A stretch of DNA of 64,000 nucleotides from Vermamoeba vermiformis (Eukaryota), in assembly GCA_045837725.1 (NCBI GenBank), contig JBEWZL010000084.1, positions 1 to 64,000 of the forward strand. The letters are read 5' to 3'. Positions 51,101-63,971 of the stretch are shown in pieces. Position 1 is the first letter of the stretch; the number at the start of each line of letters is the position of its first letter. The notes under the pieces are model-generated. The model saw only the letters and a list, made by a program, of their open reading frames with translations, was not told the DNA's origin and ran no database searches. Made by a program: the position numbers and the translations under genes.

Positions 51101-54100
51101 CTCTATGCCCAGTTGCCCCCAGGCGCCCTGTGAAGAACTCTGGCCGGGCTGGTCTTTTGGGGGCTCGTTCGAGCGGCACTTAGTCGCTGGGTGGCCCAGT
51201 TTCGAAGACGTAGAGCATCGATGGACGTACTGGCAGGAGTCACCTCTTCTGCATTGGTCTTTGTTGAAGTTGTGACAAGTCTCACCTCCTTGTGTTGGTG
51301 AGCGCCTTTTGACGCCTGCTCCTGAGTAGTCGTAGCTAGGTGGTTTGTTCTGCAAGTGAATGCGCTCAAGCTCGGGGGGACGAATAGTCCAAGAGCGCTT
51401 GGGGTCCAGCTCCATCTCGATCCGGAAAGCTTCGTCATAAACCATGATCGATTCCCAAATGTGGTTAGCGCGTAATTTTAGGATCCAGCGAACGTATCCA
51501 ATGTAATCAATGAAATCAGAGTCAGTCATACCAGCTTCGCGGAAACGGTCTCCTGCGCGCATGCGGCTTCGAAATACTCCGCTGCAAACGGGAAAGGGGC
51601 TTGCTGGATATCCTTATATCCTTTGCGAAGGGCGTCATCAGTCAATAGGCATGGTGCCCAGAACTGGTATTTCTTCTTCGTGACGGATGGCAAGGTGATC
51701 GGCATCCGTGCTGATATCGGGGCTGCGTTGACTTGGGCATCGTCGTCCTGTGGGATGATGATGTACTGGATCGACTGTTGCGGCGCGGGGGTGTGGTTCG
51801 AGCTGGAAGATGGATCTGCTTGGAGATCCCGATTTGGGATCGTCTGATCTCCCAGAGTTGAGCCTGTCCGGAGGGAAGGATTCGAAAGCAATTTGTCCAC
51901 CCCACGAACCAAATTCTCTGATGCTGTTGATGTTCTTGTCGCGCGCTGCTTCGCTGGGTGATGGACCAATGTTGCGAGATCCATTGCTTGGAGCGGTCGA
52001 TGCGGTATCCTGTGAGGTACGGGGCGTCAAAACGGACTGGATCATTGAGGGGAGTGACTGCAGAGGCAGCAGCGAATCAAGAAGTTTCTTCAGCAACTCT
52101 GCCTGGTTTAGATCCGATGCCCTGAAAAAAATAATTCCCATGCTGGAGCTCCTCGCGCACATGGGACCGCCATGGAGCGGTTATTTTAACGATAGTAGCG
52201 AACAGACCACCATGGGTCCGTTCAAAAGTAATGTATTTTTAATGCTTCCATCGCGACCAAGAGGCGATGGAACGGAAATCGAGGAGAAATTTAGCGAGAT
52301 GGAGATGGCCAACGGATCGTAGGTATTTTTGCTTGTATATAATTTTTAATAAGAAATATTATTTATATGTTAATAACGAACACGTCTTATGTAATTTATA
52401 ACAATAAATAAAAGATTTTTAGAAAAATTCGGATTTGACTTACATTGATATATTATAACTTGAAGTAATGAAATTTGTTGTTAATATAACGTAATACAAT
52501 TAAACATATGCTAATTTTATTCAATTTTAATAGAGAAATATCCCGGCACAAATCCCGACACGATCGCGACACTTGCAAATGCTAGTGGCCCGTTAGCACG
52601 ATCTGTGCATCTAAAAACATGAATGGATCAGTAACGAAGACTCAGGCGAGTCCAAAATGGTAAGTTTTTACGTGACAGAGATCAGATCAAGATGAACGAG
52701 TATTTTTCTTCGTCATGCAAGCCGTGGACTCTCAGGGGCAACTAAACGCGTTAACTTATCATTAATTGTTTATTTTTAGTGATAATTAAACGGAAAACAT
52801 AGTTGGAGTGCTTGCTTGAAAACGGATCGACGATCCACGATCCAATTTTCTTCATCAGAATAACGAAACTACAGAACTCTTCTGGTATGTAAAAGAATAT
52901 ATATATATTATAGCATATATATGATATTCGTTTTAATAGTTAAAATCAAGGTCATGAGATCTGACGATGTAGTCCCCGATCTGGTCTTAGTTAAACGAAG
53001 TCCCTGGTGGCTCCGCGGTAAATCAATATTCTTTGATTATTATACTCATATTAATGCTTAATTTATTTAGGAACATTCGTGGTCACCCCAGGTACAAAAT
53101 GAAAAAAGTTTGGTCCCGTTTTCTCCGCGTCACGAACAACACTTGGGCTCGTATCAACAAGGTAGGTTATTTATTAAAGTTTATTAATGAATTGATCAAA
53201 ATCGATTTTTTATAATTTTTGTTAAGCGATCGCTTGACAAGATGTACGTTATTGAAGATCCAGTAAATCTTCAGACCCATCGGATCAAACAATAAATATT
53301 TAAAGGTAAGTTTATTTAATATATTAAACAAATTTGTTAGATTATAATACATATTAATATTTTCGAGTTCTTAGATCGTCATACAAAAAAATGAAGTTCG
53401 AAGTTGCCAACAGTTAATTTAGAAAGTGCGATGTCCCGAGCACCACAAAAGTCCTATTTCTTCCAACACCTGAGTCCTGGTTCATCATTATGAGGTCATT
53501 GTCGCGTATGGACTGAACGAGAGAGTGCACTAGCATCCTTGCAAGCTTCAATCTGGCCGAAATATTTGTAAGTCACTTGTTGGTCGCTACACTGCCAACA
53601 GTTAATTTAGAAATTACTTTATATATTTATATTTCCATTATACAACACATACTATCAATTTCCAAGTTTGTTTATTTGTCAAGTTTGTACAATCCGAATT
53701 TTTAATATTCTCGTTTGCAATCAATTATTAGACTACGCCATAAACTGTTACTAGAATATTATTACTATGATATAAAATTAATATTACAATTTTTGGCATC
53801 AACGTAACGTTCAAATTTGTAGGTCTTGATTAGATTCGTTCGGCGATAGGTCGCAGCACTGCTCCTTGTGTTGTAAGGTAGGTATGATTACGCTTTAGTA
53901 TATAAATACTAATACATTTCCATAGGATGGTACCATTAGTTGCAATACGATCTCCTGCTTGAGAATCAAGATCCGATCAATTACTTGTCTCGCTAAGATG
54001 AACAGCAACGAGCATGCGCCGCAGAGTAAGTGCAATTTCTTATTGTTATTGACACAGTACTGATGTTAATTATTAGCTTTCCAAAGAAACGTTAGTCCGA

Positions 54101-54848
54101 AGGCCACATCCAGGTACGTTCAACGCTTTTTATTGAGATTCAGCTTATTTACACTTTTGTTACAGGCAAGAATGAATACATCCATGCTCAAACACGAATG
54201 GGTGACTTATTGTTGTAAATCAATGTATTTGTAAATAAACAGCCGTTACTGAATATTTGTGTACTTTATGATCGTACTGAATATGTACCTGACCAATGCT
54301 GGTTCCATGACCCATTATGGGTCCATGTTCGCTATGGGTCCATACCCGTCATGGAAAAACCTGCAACCCATACCATGCATGATTCCAGGGCTCCATAGCC
54401 CGAATTATTTTTTTCAGGGTGTGGATGAGGATCCCGAAGCCATGTTTCCTGACGGGGCATGGGTCTCTTCCACTTCTCCACTGGAGGTTGCACCAGATGA
54501 ATCAGGCTGACTCGGCTCTGAGCTCGACCGAATCACATCCAACAAGTGCGCATCTTCACTAGCGATCTTCTCTTCAGCAATGACGAGGATTCTATGCCAT
54601 TGAGTATGATCTTTGGCAAATTCCTTGTCATTGAGCAAATCAGGTTCGCCAGCCAACAACGTGGCCAGCGCCAATGACGTTAACAGCTTCAGCTTCGGTA
54701 CGTCGGAAGTCTTCGCCAATTCACCCCAACGGGTGTGACCCAACAAGGCCTCAGCATAAGGTTTCCCTAACGCTGGGCTCCGCTTCAACAATTGGAGCAA
54801 GGATTCTTGAACACTGGCCCATTTATTTGGGTCGGATCGCGGATTCAT
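51101..54848 (-). pseudogene. gag-like ORF split by nested transposon and two 1-nt frameshifts
   Basis: MNPRSDPN...GSSST (54848-54420) joins SDLNQAELL... (from 52117) in frame once the insertion is removed; frameshifts near 51912 and 51563; YDEAFR and CHNFNKDQC...C..VHRC knuckle. Confidence 0.8.
52120..54419. mobile_element. 2.3-kb non-autonomous TIR DNA transposon nested in gag
   Basis: TIRs CCCTGAAAAAAA(A)TAATTC at both ends; 2-bp TSD TG; CCATG/CATGG subterminal repeats; AT-rich interior with no recognisable transposase. Confidence 0.9.
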
Positions 54849-55717
54849 TTAACGTTTTATTGACAAACGAAGAAAAAATATCGTATAATATTGGCTTGCG
54901 TGTATCAGCGCACCAATATTTGAACATACAAGTCAGGGATAATATCCTTGGATTTATCGTTGGCAAGGGATCTCGCTGATCTGGGATCTGTCGACCTGTC
55001 AGTGTGAATCGTACGTCTGTTCGTTCCTTCGCACAGTTCCGCGCTTAATTCACCCTTGGTTAATTACGCCTCGAAGTCGATTGACAACGAGTAGTGATGG
55101 ACATTGTCGAAGATAAGTAAGTGAAAAAATTGGTTATGTAGTGTTATCATCACTAATTCGATAACAACTTAGTAAATGGACTGCACTATTAACGGATCTC
55201 ATTTTTATTATTACCAGGCAGCGGATGCGAACTCTGCTTACTTCGTTCCTGTTAATTTCATCGCTCCCTCGCATCACACTTATGTCTCCAACAAGTTCGA
55301 CAATGCTACTGAGCACGTACCACGAGATCCAGCGAAGGATGTTAGATCCAAGCCTCTTTCTTGGTTTGTTGGAGCTGCCCAAACTCGAATGAGAAAGCAC
55401 TTTGGTTTTGTTCCGAAATTTCAACTGTTCTCTCATATCTAATCGCCTAATGGGCCTTACCATCGCTATCCTAACACAAATGCGACAGGTCCACAAAATT
55501 ACGCTTTACCGGGAGAATGCCCTAATTTTAACCTTCTCGAATATCGTTTTGGAGATTTTACAACGATTAGTAAAACCAGATATCTTACGCTGCTTGCGGA
55601 CACAGTTTCATTAACGTCACGCTTGCTGAAGTGCTCGCTAACCATTCTGACTCCGATGAACAACTTTTGTAGTCTCCCGTACTTTGAATTAAAGTTGGGT
55701 GCACGCCCGATTAAACT

Positions 55718-58700
55718 TTATTGCCGCTTGTTTTGGTAAGGTCGTTTCAATTGACCACGACCTCGCCCTCTATTTACATGATTGTTATTCGAAGCTGGTT
55801 TTTTGTAGCTGACTTCTTGCCAATCTCCATTCTCACTCGAGTTTTCGCTCGAATTTCCTTCCGAGGCTGAATCGGGAGCCACCGAAGAGTAGTCCAACAT
55901 GTAGTTGTTGTTCGCCAGTGCATCGTAATAGCCGCCTTGGTTGTAGTACTCATTGTCATAGTACTCGGTGTTGTAGTACGTAGTGTCCGTAGTATTGTCA
56001 TAATAACTGTTGTTATAGCCTGCGTTGTAGTAGTACGCTGGCTCTGGCGGGAAGTAGGCAGGTTGTTGATGGTAGCTACTATTGTTGCGCGCAGCGGTAT
56101 TGTTGTTGCCACTATAAGGGCTGTTCGTACCGCGTCGAATGTTATTATTGCTGTTGTTATTCGGTGTGCTCGGGGTCTTGTTCTGACCACCACTCTTCTC
56201 TCTAGACTTTCTCAAGTTCGGTGTGCCTCCGTTGTTAGTCCAAGGGTTTATTCCGCCACGAGGTGACACGGATGGCGGGGACGTGGGTAGATTGTCAACA
56301 GATCCAGACAAATTCAGCGAGTTTCTGTTGCTTTGACCACCGCCGCCAGATCCTTTGCCGTGGTACCCTCGCTTTGCTGAGATTTCAGCGGACTGCTTGA
56401 GCCATTTTGACAACTCTTCGTCGTTCGGTTGAGACATGTTTAAGCCTTTGAAAATTTCACTAATAATAACAAAAAGTCAGTACGCTACTCGACTACTTTG
56501 CGGTCATAACGTACGCCCAAGTATTGATGTTCTTAATGTGCTTGACTCCCTCCAAGAACAGCTCTTTCAGGGTATGAGTCGGGCGACCATAATGAGCGTC
56601 GTAATCGTTGGCCAAATCTTCTAATGTTCGGCCCTTTGGTCGTGCAATTTTTTCGAGGTAGAACACGTGGAAACAATTCAAGCGCAGCGACACTGAAGAG
56701 GCCAATAAGGTCTTGCCAATTCTATTTGCAGCTGACTCGTCGCCTCTTCTCTCCATATCTACGTTGCTAGGTTAGAGCTGCGTGTCTTAGCGTAACAACA
56801 AAATCTTACCCGGCCACTTCTCGATGACCCAACGGTAATTTCTAATGAAGCACTCATCGATGTAAGCTTTGGAGACATCTTGCCAAGTAATATCAGGAGT
56901 GATTGTCAAGAGTGGTATGAACTCTCCGAGAGCTGGCGTATTCTTCTTTAGCCTGTAAAGTGCGTTAGATCTAAGCACGTGCACATCTTATTACAAGACT
57001 ACAGTACCTGTTTTCTTCGTAGTTTATGAAATCCGAGACAATTTTGTTCGCTTTCTTCAAAAGCTCAGGATATTCGTTCACAAAATGAATCATCCAGCGT
57101 TGGAAGGTTAAATATCCCTCGAGGGCCTTGATCGATAAAAGAGTCTTGTTCTTCATCACTCCAACGATCCTATGAACACATTAAGGTCAGATCCGACAAC
57201 GTAATGCGATGTAAATAACTTGCATTGTATTCATGAGCTTGGGGAATATAGAGAGTGCCATATCAGGCGTGAACTTGTCATCTCGACCTGTGCAAATCAA
57301 ACTCAAGGACTTTTTCATTAACGGCAAAGCTCTTTCACCGTGTTCCTTGTTGATATCTGCAAACAAGTTAGTATTATTCTCGAAATCGCTTGACGAAGTA
57401 CGTACACACAGGGAGCCAATGCGTGTAACTGTTGTGCTTCTCGCCCGAAAAGCTGTATACTGACTCGCGCACACCCTCGTTGAAAGATGTGTACGACAGC
57501 AGATCCAAAGGACTATCAATCTCCTCAATATTGCGATTGCGTTTGCTGTACTTGATTGCGATGCCAATGCCAAGCACGTCCTCGGTAAAAGGAACGCGAG
57601 AGTGGAAGCACTTGAGTTCTTCTTTCAGCATCTCAGCCTCAGAAAGTTTCGCCTTTTGAAGCGCATCCGCCTATTCCTGCGTTAGTTCTGTGGTATCTAT
57701 CAAGATCAAGATTTATTGCTTACGTGGAAGGGAGGCGAAGGTGCACCGGGCTTGTGGGAGCAAGTTGGACACGTGAACTGATTGGCTGCTTTGATGGCTT
57801 GAGGAATCTTCGACAAATACTGATCTAAAGGACGACCCTCGCTGTCTTCCTTGTACTCCATCAAGAATGCTTGCAATTGCAACAAAATTGTCTGCACAGT
57901 ATAAGCGGAGGACCAGCCACTCGTGCGTGGGCCTGACTTGTTCTCCTCGAAGTAAGTTTGGAAGTCACTTAAGATATCCAAACAGATCTTGTTGTTGTGC
58001 ACATGAGGGTGAGGAAGTTGCGTCAAAATCGTCGCTGATGGCGGTGTTGAAGGATAGGTCGAAGGGAATGTCAATTGAATGTGGAAGATTGCTCCTGCGT
58101 ACGGTGTGTTTTCTATAGTGTGGTTAGTAAACCATGTACGGCTAGTACTCTAAGACAACTTGCCAGGTCCTTTGAGATTGCAATGCCAAACGAACATCGT
58201 GTTCTCTAGAGGCATAGCTGACACGAGAGGCAGCGGGTTCTTTTCAATTTCTTTCAAATCACGCAACAATGATCTGAGCGCTGAACTGTTTTGCGGTGTG
58301 ATAGCAGTACCTCCAGCACTCTGATCGAGCGCGTTGGCAGGCTGGTCTACTGAACGGCCGGGACGAGCTTGTACGATTCTTAGAGAAGGTTTCGTGGTCT
58401 GCAGTTCTTTAAGCGCATGAGACTGGTCCATAATCTTGTTCATGCCAAGTTGCAGCTCTTCTAAAGCAGGGAATTCTTCGACATGCTTCAGTAGATTATC
58501 AGTGACGTAGCGGCAACCAAACACGTCCAAAATCTTCAACTTCTCGCACTTGTCAAGCGCGAACATCGACTCTTCAGTGATGTATTGGCAATCGGTCAAT
58601 ATAAGCTCTTCTAAGTTAGGGCATCCGTCCGCAATAGCCACGACTGAAGTGATGCAGTAGCACTTTGAGATGTTCAAGATCTGCAAGCGCTTGGATCTTG

Positions 58701-61700
58701 ATCCGAGAGAGCTTAGTGCCTGGTTTGTCAGCAGATTGCAGCCCTTGAGGCTCAGTATAGTAAGCAATGGACAGTTGTGAGCTATTTTCTCGAGCGATGA
58801 ATCCGTCAGCTTGGTGCACATTGACAGATCCAACTCTGTCAATTGGGAGCATGCAGCGATTGCAGCAAAAGCTATTGCAACAATTAGAACATAACTTAAA
58901 CAAAAAATAAATATACGGAAACTTGCTACGAAAATCAACATGCGTTAGGCGCTGGTTTCAAGCGATATTTCCGGTGAAATTTCGATTCACGTGGTGGTGC
59001 TTACCCTTTTCAGTCAAGTTCTTGCCGCCACAAACACCAAGATAACGAAGTGTCTTTGACGAGTTCTTGGCTAACGTAACAATGATTTGATCATCAACGC
59101 CGTGACAGTTGTTCACGCAGAAATTGTGCAGATTATTATTATGGGTCACGAATTGCAGCAGCGCGGTCTTCGTGACAGAGGTGCCTTCCAAGTCAATTTC
59201 TTTGATTGCTGTTCCCTTGAGCTGATTGATGACTTGGTCGTCTAATCTCGTGAATTTGGCGCAGAGCTTTTCTAAGGCAGGCTGAGCGTTCAAGAACAAT
59301 GTCACGCTCTTCGGGTCGTTGTAAATCTTCGGGCACTCATTAATGATGAGTGATTTGAGCGTAGTAATGAACGAGCCCAAATAAGCCAAGCTCTTAGATC
59401 GCAAGCCAGCGCACTTTGTCAAGTCCAAATGTTCTAACTTGTGGCAATGCAGTGCAATCGCCTGAATTGCCTCATCAGCGAGCTGCGTGCAATTAGCCAG
59501 TGAGATGGTCTTCAGGTTGACGGCTGATTGGCTGATCAAAACCAAACAGGCCTCATTCAAGTCGACACACGAGTCCAAGATTAAGGTCTCTAGCTTTGAC
59601 AAGTTGACAGTCTTGAAGCTACGGCAGAATGTTTCTGCCAAGAATCTCGAGCCAGTAAGGTCTAGGTACGTGAGCCCCTGTGCGGCGCACTTGCTGAAAA
59701 ACGAAATGCTGTCCTCCGCAAAGGCCGTGCAGCCAGCGAATTCGAGTCTCTTCAAGTGTTGATTCTTCGACATGACGAACTTCAAACTATCGCCTGTCAA
59801 CTTGCGACAGAACGACATGTTGATTGTTTCCAAGTTAGTGCAACCACTGACCGCAATAGTGAAGCCTTTGTCAGTAATTTCGCTGCAATCTGTTTGCAAG
59901 GTTAACTACGCGTTTTAAAATCAGATTGAACTTACTTGAAAGATTAAGCGATCTGAGCAACTTGCAGTGCTTTCCAATGCTCGACAAGGCAACGTCCGTG
60001 ATGAGACTTGAAGACAAGTCGATCGCTAAGAAGTGATTGTTGGCCGTTGTGAGTTCAACAATGCAGTTGTCGGTGATGAGTGATCTCCTGAAGCATTTGC
60101 TGGCATCAAATACCAGGCCTTGGTCCCGCGTTACGGCTTCAACTACAACGCTGAGCTCGGTGTCATTGAACTTTTTCAGAACTGGCGCGAGCCATCCAAA
60201 CTCTGATAGAGGATGTAACTCAACGGACTTGCGGTAATAAGCACCTGAGCGCCTTTAGTACGCGACACGAGTAGCATTAAGTGGTCGTACGTACCTGCTC
60301 GTTTATAATGAGCTTCGTTGGATTGTCGTCTGGCAAGCTTGACTAGTAAGTCACCATATCTACGCAATGCCTCGCCGTGTAGATCATCTAACCGAATAAC
60401 CTCATCGTAGCACTTGCACGCAAGCCCCAGCAGTTGCCGAGACTCTTTTGAGTCGAGAACAAGATCGTTCAAACTCTGTAATGTATTTCCAAGCTGTAGT
60501 AATCCTTCAAGGTTACGGGCAACGTTGTACTTTTGGAACGCTTTCTCAAAGTACGGGTATGATTCTTCACCAGCACGAGCCTTTCTGTCTGCCAATGTTA
60601 TCAGCACTTGGGCGTAGTGATTCAACATTGATGTGTTGTCAGGCGTCGAGCGAATGGCTTGCTCGAACCTAAGAGGTTGTTAATTATTGTGCTGCGAAAT
60701 TTGTGGAGTTCAAACTTACTTATCCATAGCGAGCCGAAACAATCTGTCGTGGTGAGAGCCGAATTCCGATGCCTCATCTATTGCATCCATGGCTTGAATG
60801 GCGAGTGCATTTCCCTCAGCTAATGAAATGATATTCATGCGCTTCACTGAAACGCCGATCTGCTTGAAGATTAGAGGACCATTAAAGGTGCAACGGCGGC
60901 TATCGTACCTTTTTGATATCTGCGACTACCAGCTTTACGGACCGCGGGTTGTTCTTTAATTCGTTTTGAGCACGTTTCGTTAACCGAATGCCAGTCAATT
61001 GCTGCACTCGTTTGAATAGCAGCCACGTGCAATGTTGTTTGTGGTGCAACTCGTGCTTTAGATCAAAGTCTATTTGCTTCTCTGCGGGTTCTAAACTATT
61101 TCTGAAGTATTTCTCGACCTCTATTTTCAAAATGTCCCAGAATAACGGTGCTTCTTTGGACCAGCACAAAATTTTGTTGAATGTATCTAATACTATGTCC
61201 ATAAAAGGATCTTCGCCTAACGTGGGTGTCTTCTTGACTGTAATTCGGAATCTTTCTCCGATTTGATTTTTAACGACTCTGTGTACAACCATCAGACTAA
61301 GTGCCATGAATAATGTGGGAAACATACCTGGCCATCATTTCTAACAGCAAATAATTGCGCAGCTCGGCGTTGTCTTTGCTTAGATGTCCTCGAATGACAC
61401 CGAAGTAACGCACGTTAATGCCTTCACGGTGAATGAGTTCCGTGAGTGGCGATAAGCTTTCATGTAAATTAAGTTCTTTATAATACTCCTCGAGCCATTT
61501 AGCAAATCGAGGAATGGCGTGCTCGAGCAAGTGTTGTGTTGCTTGCTGAACCTCAAGATTATCGGTTTGTTCGCCAGCGTCACCTTGATATTAATGTTAG
61601 TTGTGGCATACTAAACGAGCCGGACATTACCTCTATTAAAAGGTGAAAATGCGTCCGAAGACAGTGGCTTTGAGTAGTTCTTCACGAACTCGGGTCTGAA

Positions 61701-63144
61701 TGTCCTGTACAAAAATGTCTTGCGCACGCCCGCCTCTGCTGTGGGAGGGAACACTCGTGCAAAATCAACGACATAGTACCGGCCATCCTGCGCCATTAAC
61801 GGTCAGCCAAACAGTTTGAAGTACGAACAGATAGACTTACAGTTCCAAGATGACCTTCAATGTCAGTAGGACCGTACAAGAACTTCTTTGTGTTTGTAGC
61901 TGATCGACCGCACATGTGACCTTTAATGTTCAGTCTTTCACCAGCCAATCGCATTGCTCTACTCAGTTCAGGAATTAGATCCATCACTGTTTGACCACCG
62001 TCGTGAGAGCCGTAAGCTAGTGAGCTTTTAGTAATCGGCAGAAAACTCTCTGCAATAAGTCTAAAACCACGATAGTCGATCTAATTGCATAAATTAGAAG
62101 TTGCTCGAGCTTGTGATTGAATGATGATGCGAACTTACAACACACATCAGTGGCACGTGCAAGTTCTCGCAGCCGTAGTATCTCATCAAACCTTTCAGCT
62201 CGAGACCGCCCGCCTTCATAGCGTAAAAATCACCACCGTAAATGCCCATCCAGTCTGTTTGGAGTTTGAAGAGGATCCTGGAACACAGTTAGAAATCGCT
62301 TCGATAACCTTATTTTCCACCGTACCCGTTGTACATATATTTCTTTCCTATAAAAGAAACTTGTTAGACGAGGTTCACTATTAATAAATACATATTTTGC
62401 AGTTGATCGGATTAGATCCGATCTGACTGGTTAAGTGATGATAATAACATGATTAAGCGTACCTCCTGCTTGTCCGCCTATTTGCGTGGCTGGAATAGTA
62501 AGCTGGTCATTTAAATAAGCTTCTGAGATGATGATCTTGCCCAGACGTTTAGCCATTGACACGAAACGACGACTGAGCGAACTAATCTTTAAATTCTTGC
62601 GTAACTTCTCTTCTTTAGTGTTTTCTGGCAATTTTAATAGCTCCTATTAAATATCGGGGTCATTAACATCAGACAGAATTAAAATATTATGTCAATTCTT
62701 AAACAGTCCATTTTTAAAAATCATTATTACCTGAAAATCTTTATTCCAATCGATAGAGTACCCACGTCGCGAATCTTGAACTTGATTAGAAATTGTGGAT
62801 TGTTTATTTTGTTTTTGATCTCGATCCTTGGAGTCGTTATTTTCTTCAACAGCTCCGCCTGCAAATACTCATATTAGTGGTGAAAATATGACATGCACGC
62901 GCATACCATAATAAACGTTGCCGTCCTTATACTCGAATTGTGGATTTGGGGCCTCTTGGTGACTAGGCAAATTTGATAAATCTTCAGCTCTATATCTGGG
63001 ATCTTCGTTTTCGATATCCTCTAGATTTGTATTACTATAGGGGTCAATTTGGCCGTAGCTGTCGGCTCGGGGTGAGATTGGGTTACTGTCACTGCCCTGC
63101 TGACCCTCCTCTGGTTGCTTATATTCATTTAAGTTTAACTCCAT
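55718..63144 (-). CDS. Giant multi-exon protein: Clu domain + TPR-like + LRR array + ubiquitin-conjugating (E2) domain + C-terminal domain and N/Y/RG-rich tail
   Basis: IDYRGFRLIA, GPTDIEGHLG.DGRYYVVDFARVFPP, RPEFV, IHREGINVRY (Clu); Cys-containing LRRs 58400-60100; LLRDLKEI...WHCNLKGP...FPSTYP...HPHV...ICLDIL...GWSSAYTVQTILLQLQ (UBC). Confidence 0.82.
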
Positions 63145-63474
63145 GAATATATTTTAATTCGCAGCGACATTAATATCTGTGGTCGTATGCAAATTAACAA
63201 GCATCAAAAAAGATCCAAACTTTTCTGGCCACAAAATGTCCGTCCATGAGTTCTGAGAGAAAAAAGCAAGAATTAAAATGACAATTCTCAGCACTCCATG
63301 ACTGCCGAGCAATACCACAAGCACAGTCTAACCCCTGGACCTCTGTTGCGCTCACTCTAGGATCTGCACCTTTCGACGTCGAGACCAGTTTACATTAACA
63401 ATCGTTTATTTGTGGCTGAAAGTACGTCTGTAGCATAACTTTGGCATATTCATCAATATTGTGCGAGTGGCTCC

Positions 63475-63971
63475 TTATTTTTTCTCCACGTTGACAAGGC
63501 GCAAATAAGGCTTGACAGTTTGGTAGCCTTGAGGGAACAGCTTCTGGGCTTCTTCCTCCTTAACTGAGGGCAAGATGACGGCAGGATCTCCGACCTTCCA
63601 GTCAGCAGGAGTGGCCAACTATAACAAAATGTATTAGAGCACGGAAGAATACACGCGCAAGAAGAAATTGCAATTTCGTCAGGAGAAAACAGATTTACAA
63701 GTATGACTACCGAAGATTGAATTAGCATATTAAGTACTTACTTTTTGGTTATCAGTGGTCTGAAGAGAATCGACAACACGAAGAATCTCGTCGAAGTTAC
63801 GACCAGTGGAGGCAGGGTAGGTCAACGTCAAACGCAATTTCCTAGCAAATAATTGGGTCAGGCACTACACAATAAGATTATGTATGTCGTACTTGGCGGG
63901 GTCGATGACAAAGACAGATCGGACAGTCAACTTTCCAGCCAAAGTGTCAGGGGCATTAGGGGCGACCATGC
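63475..63971 (-). CDS. PRDX6: 1-Cys peroxiredoxin, 3' part; 5' end lies outside the window
   Basis: LTVRSVFVIDP, LTLTYPASTGRNFDEILRVVDSLQ, LATPADWKVGD...ILPSV...KPYLR. Confidence 0.9.

Larger units (their letters stand above)
48306..55156 (-). mobile_element. Tyrosine-recombinase retrotransposon (Ngaro/DIRS order): gag-RT/RNase H-YR, interrupted and frameshifted
   Basis: Gag with CCCH knuckle, RT YVDD, RNase H TDAS, YR HSLRKGGAT; AATAAA near the 3' end (48335-48340, minus strand); TCATCACTAA direct repeat at 48306 and 55147 as candidate borders. Confidence 0.88.

Noticed and set aside
49008-52322. Long plus-strand ORFs over the retroelement
   Set aside because: Antisense shadows of GC-rich minus-strand coding sequence.
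54414-54848. Independent 144-aa host gene
   Set aside because: Its stop lies inside the nested TIR; it is the gag N-terminus.
55176-55442. 88-aa plus-strand ORF beside the element border
   Set aside because: No motif or splice support; cannot be called.
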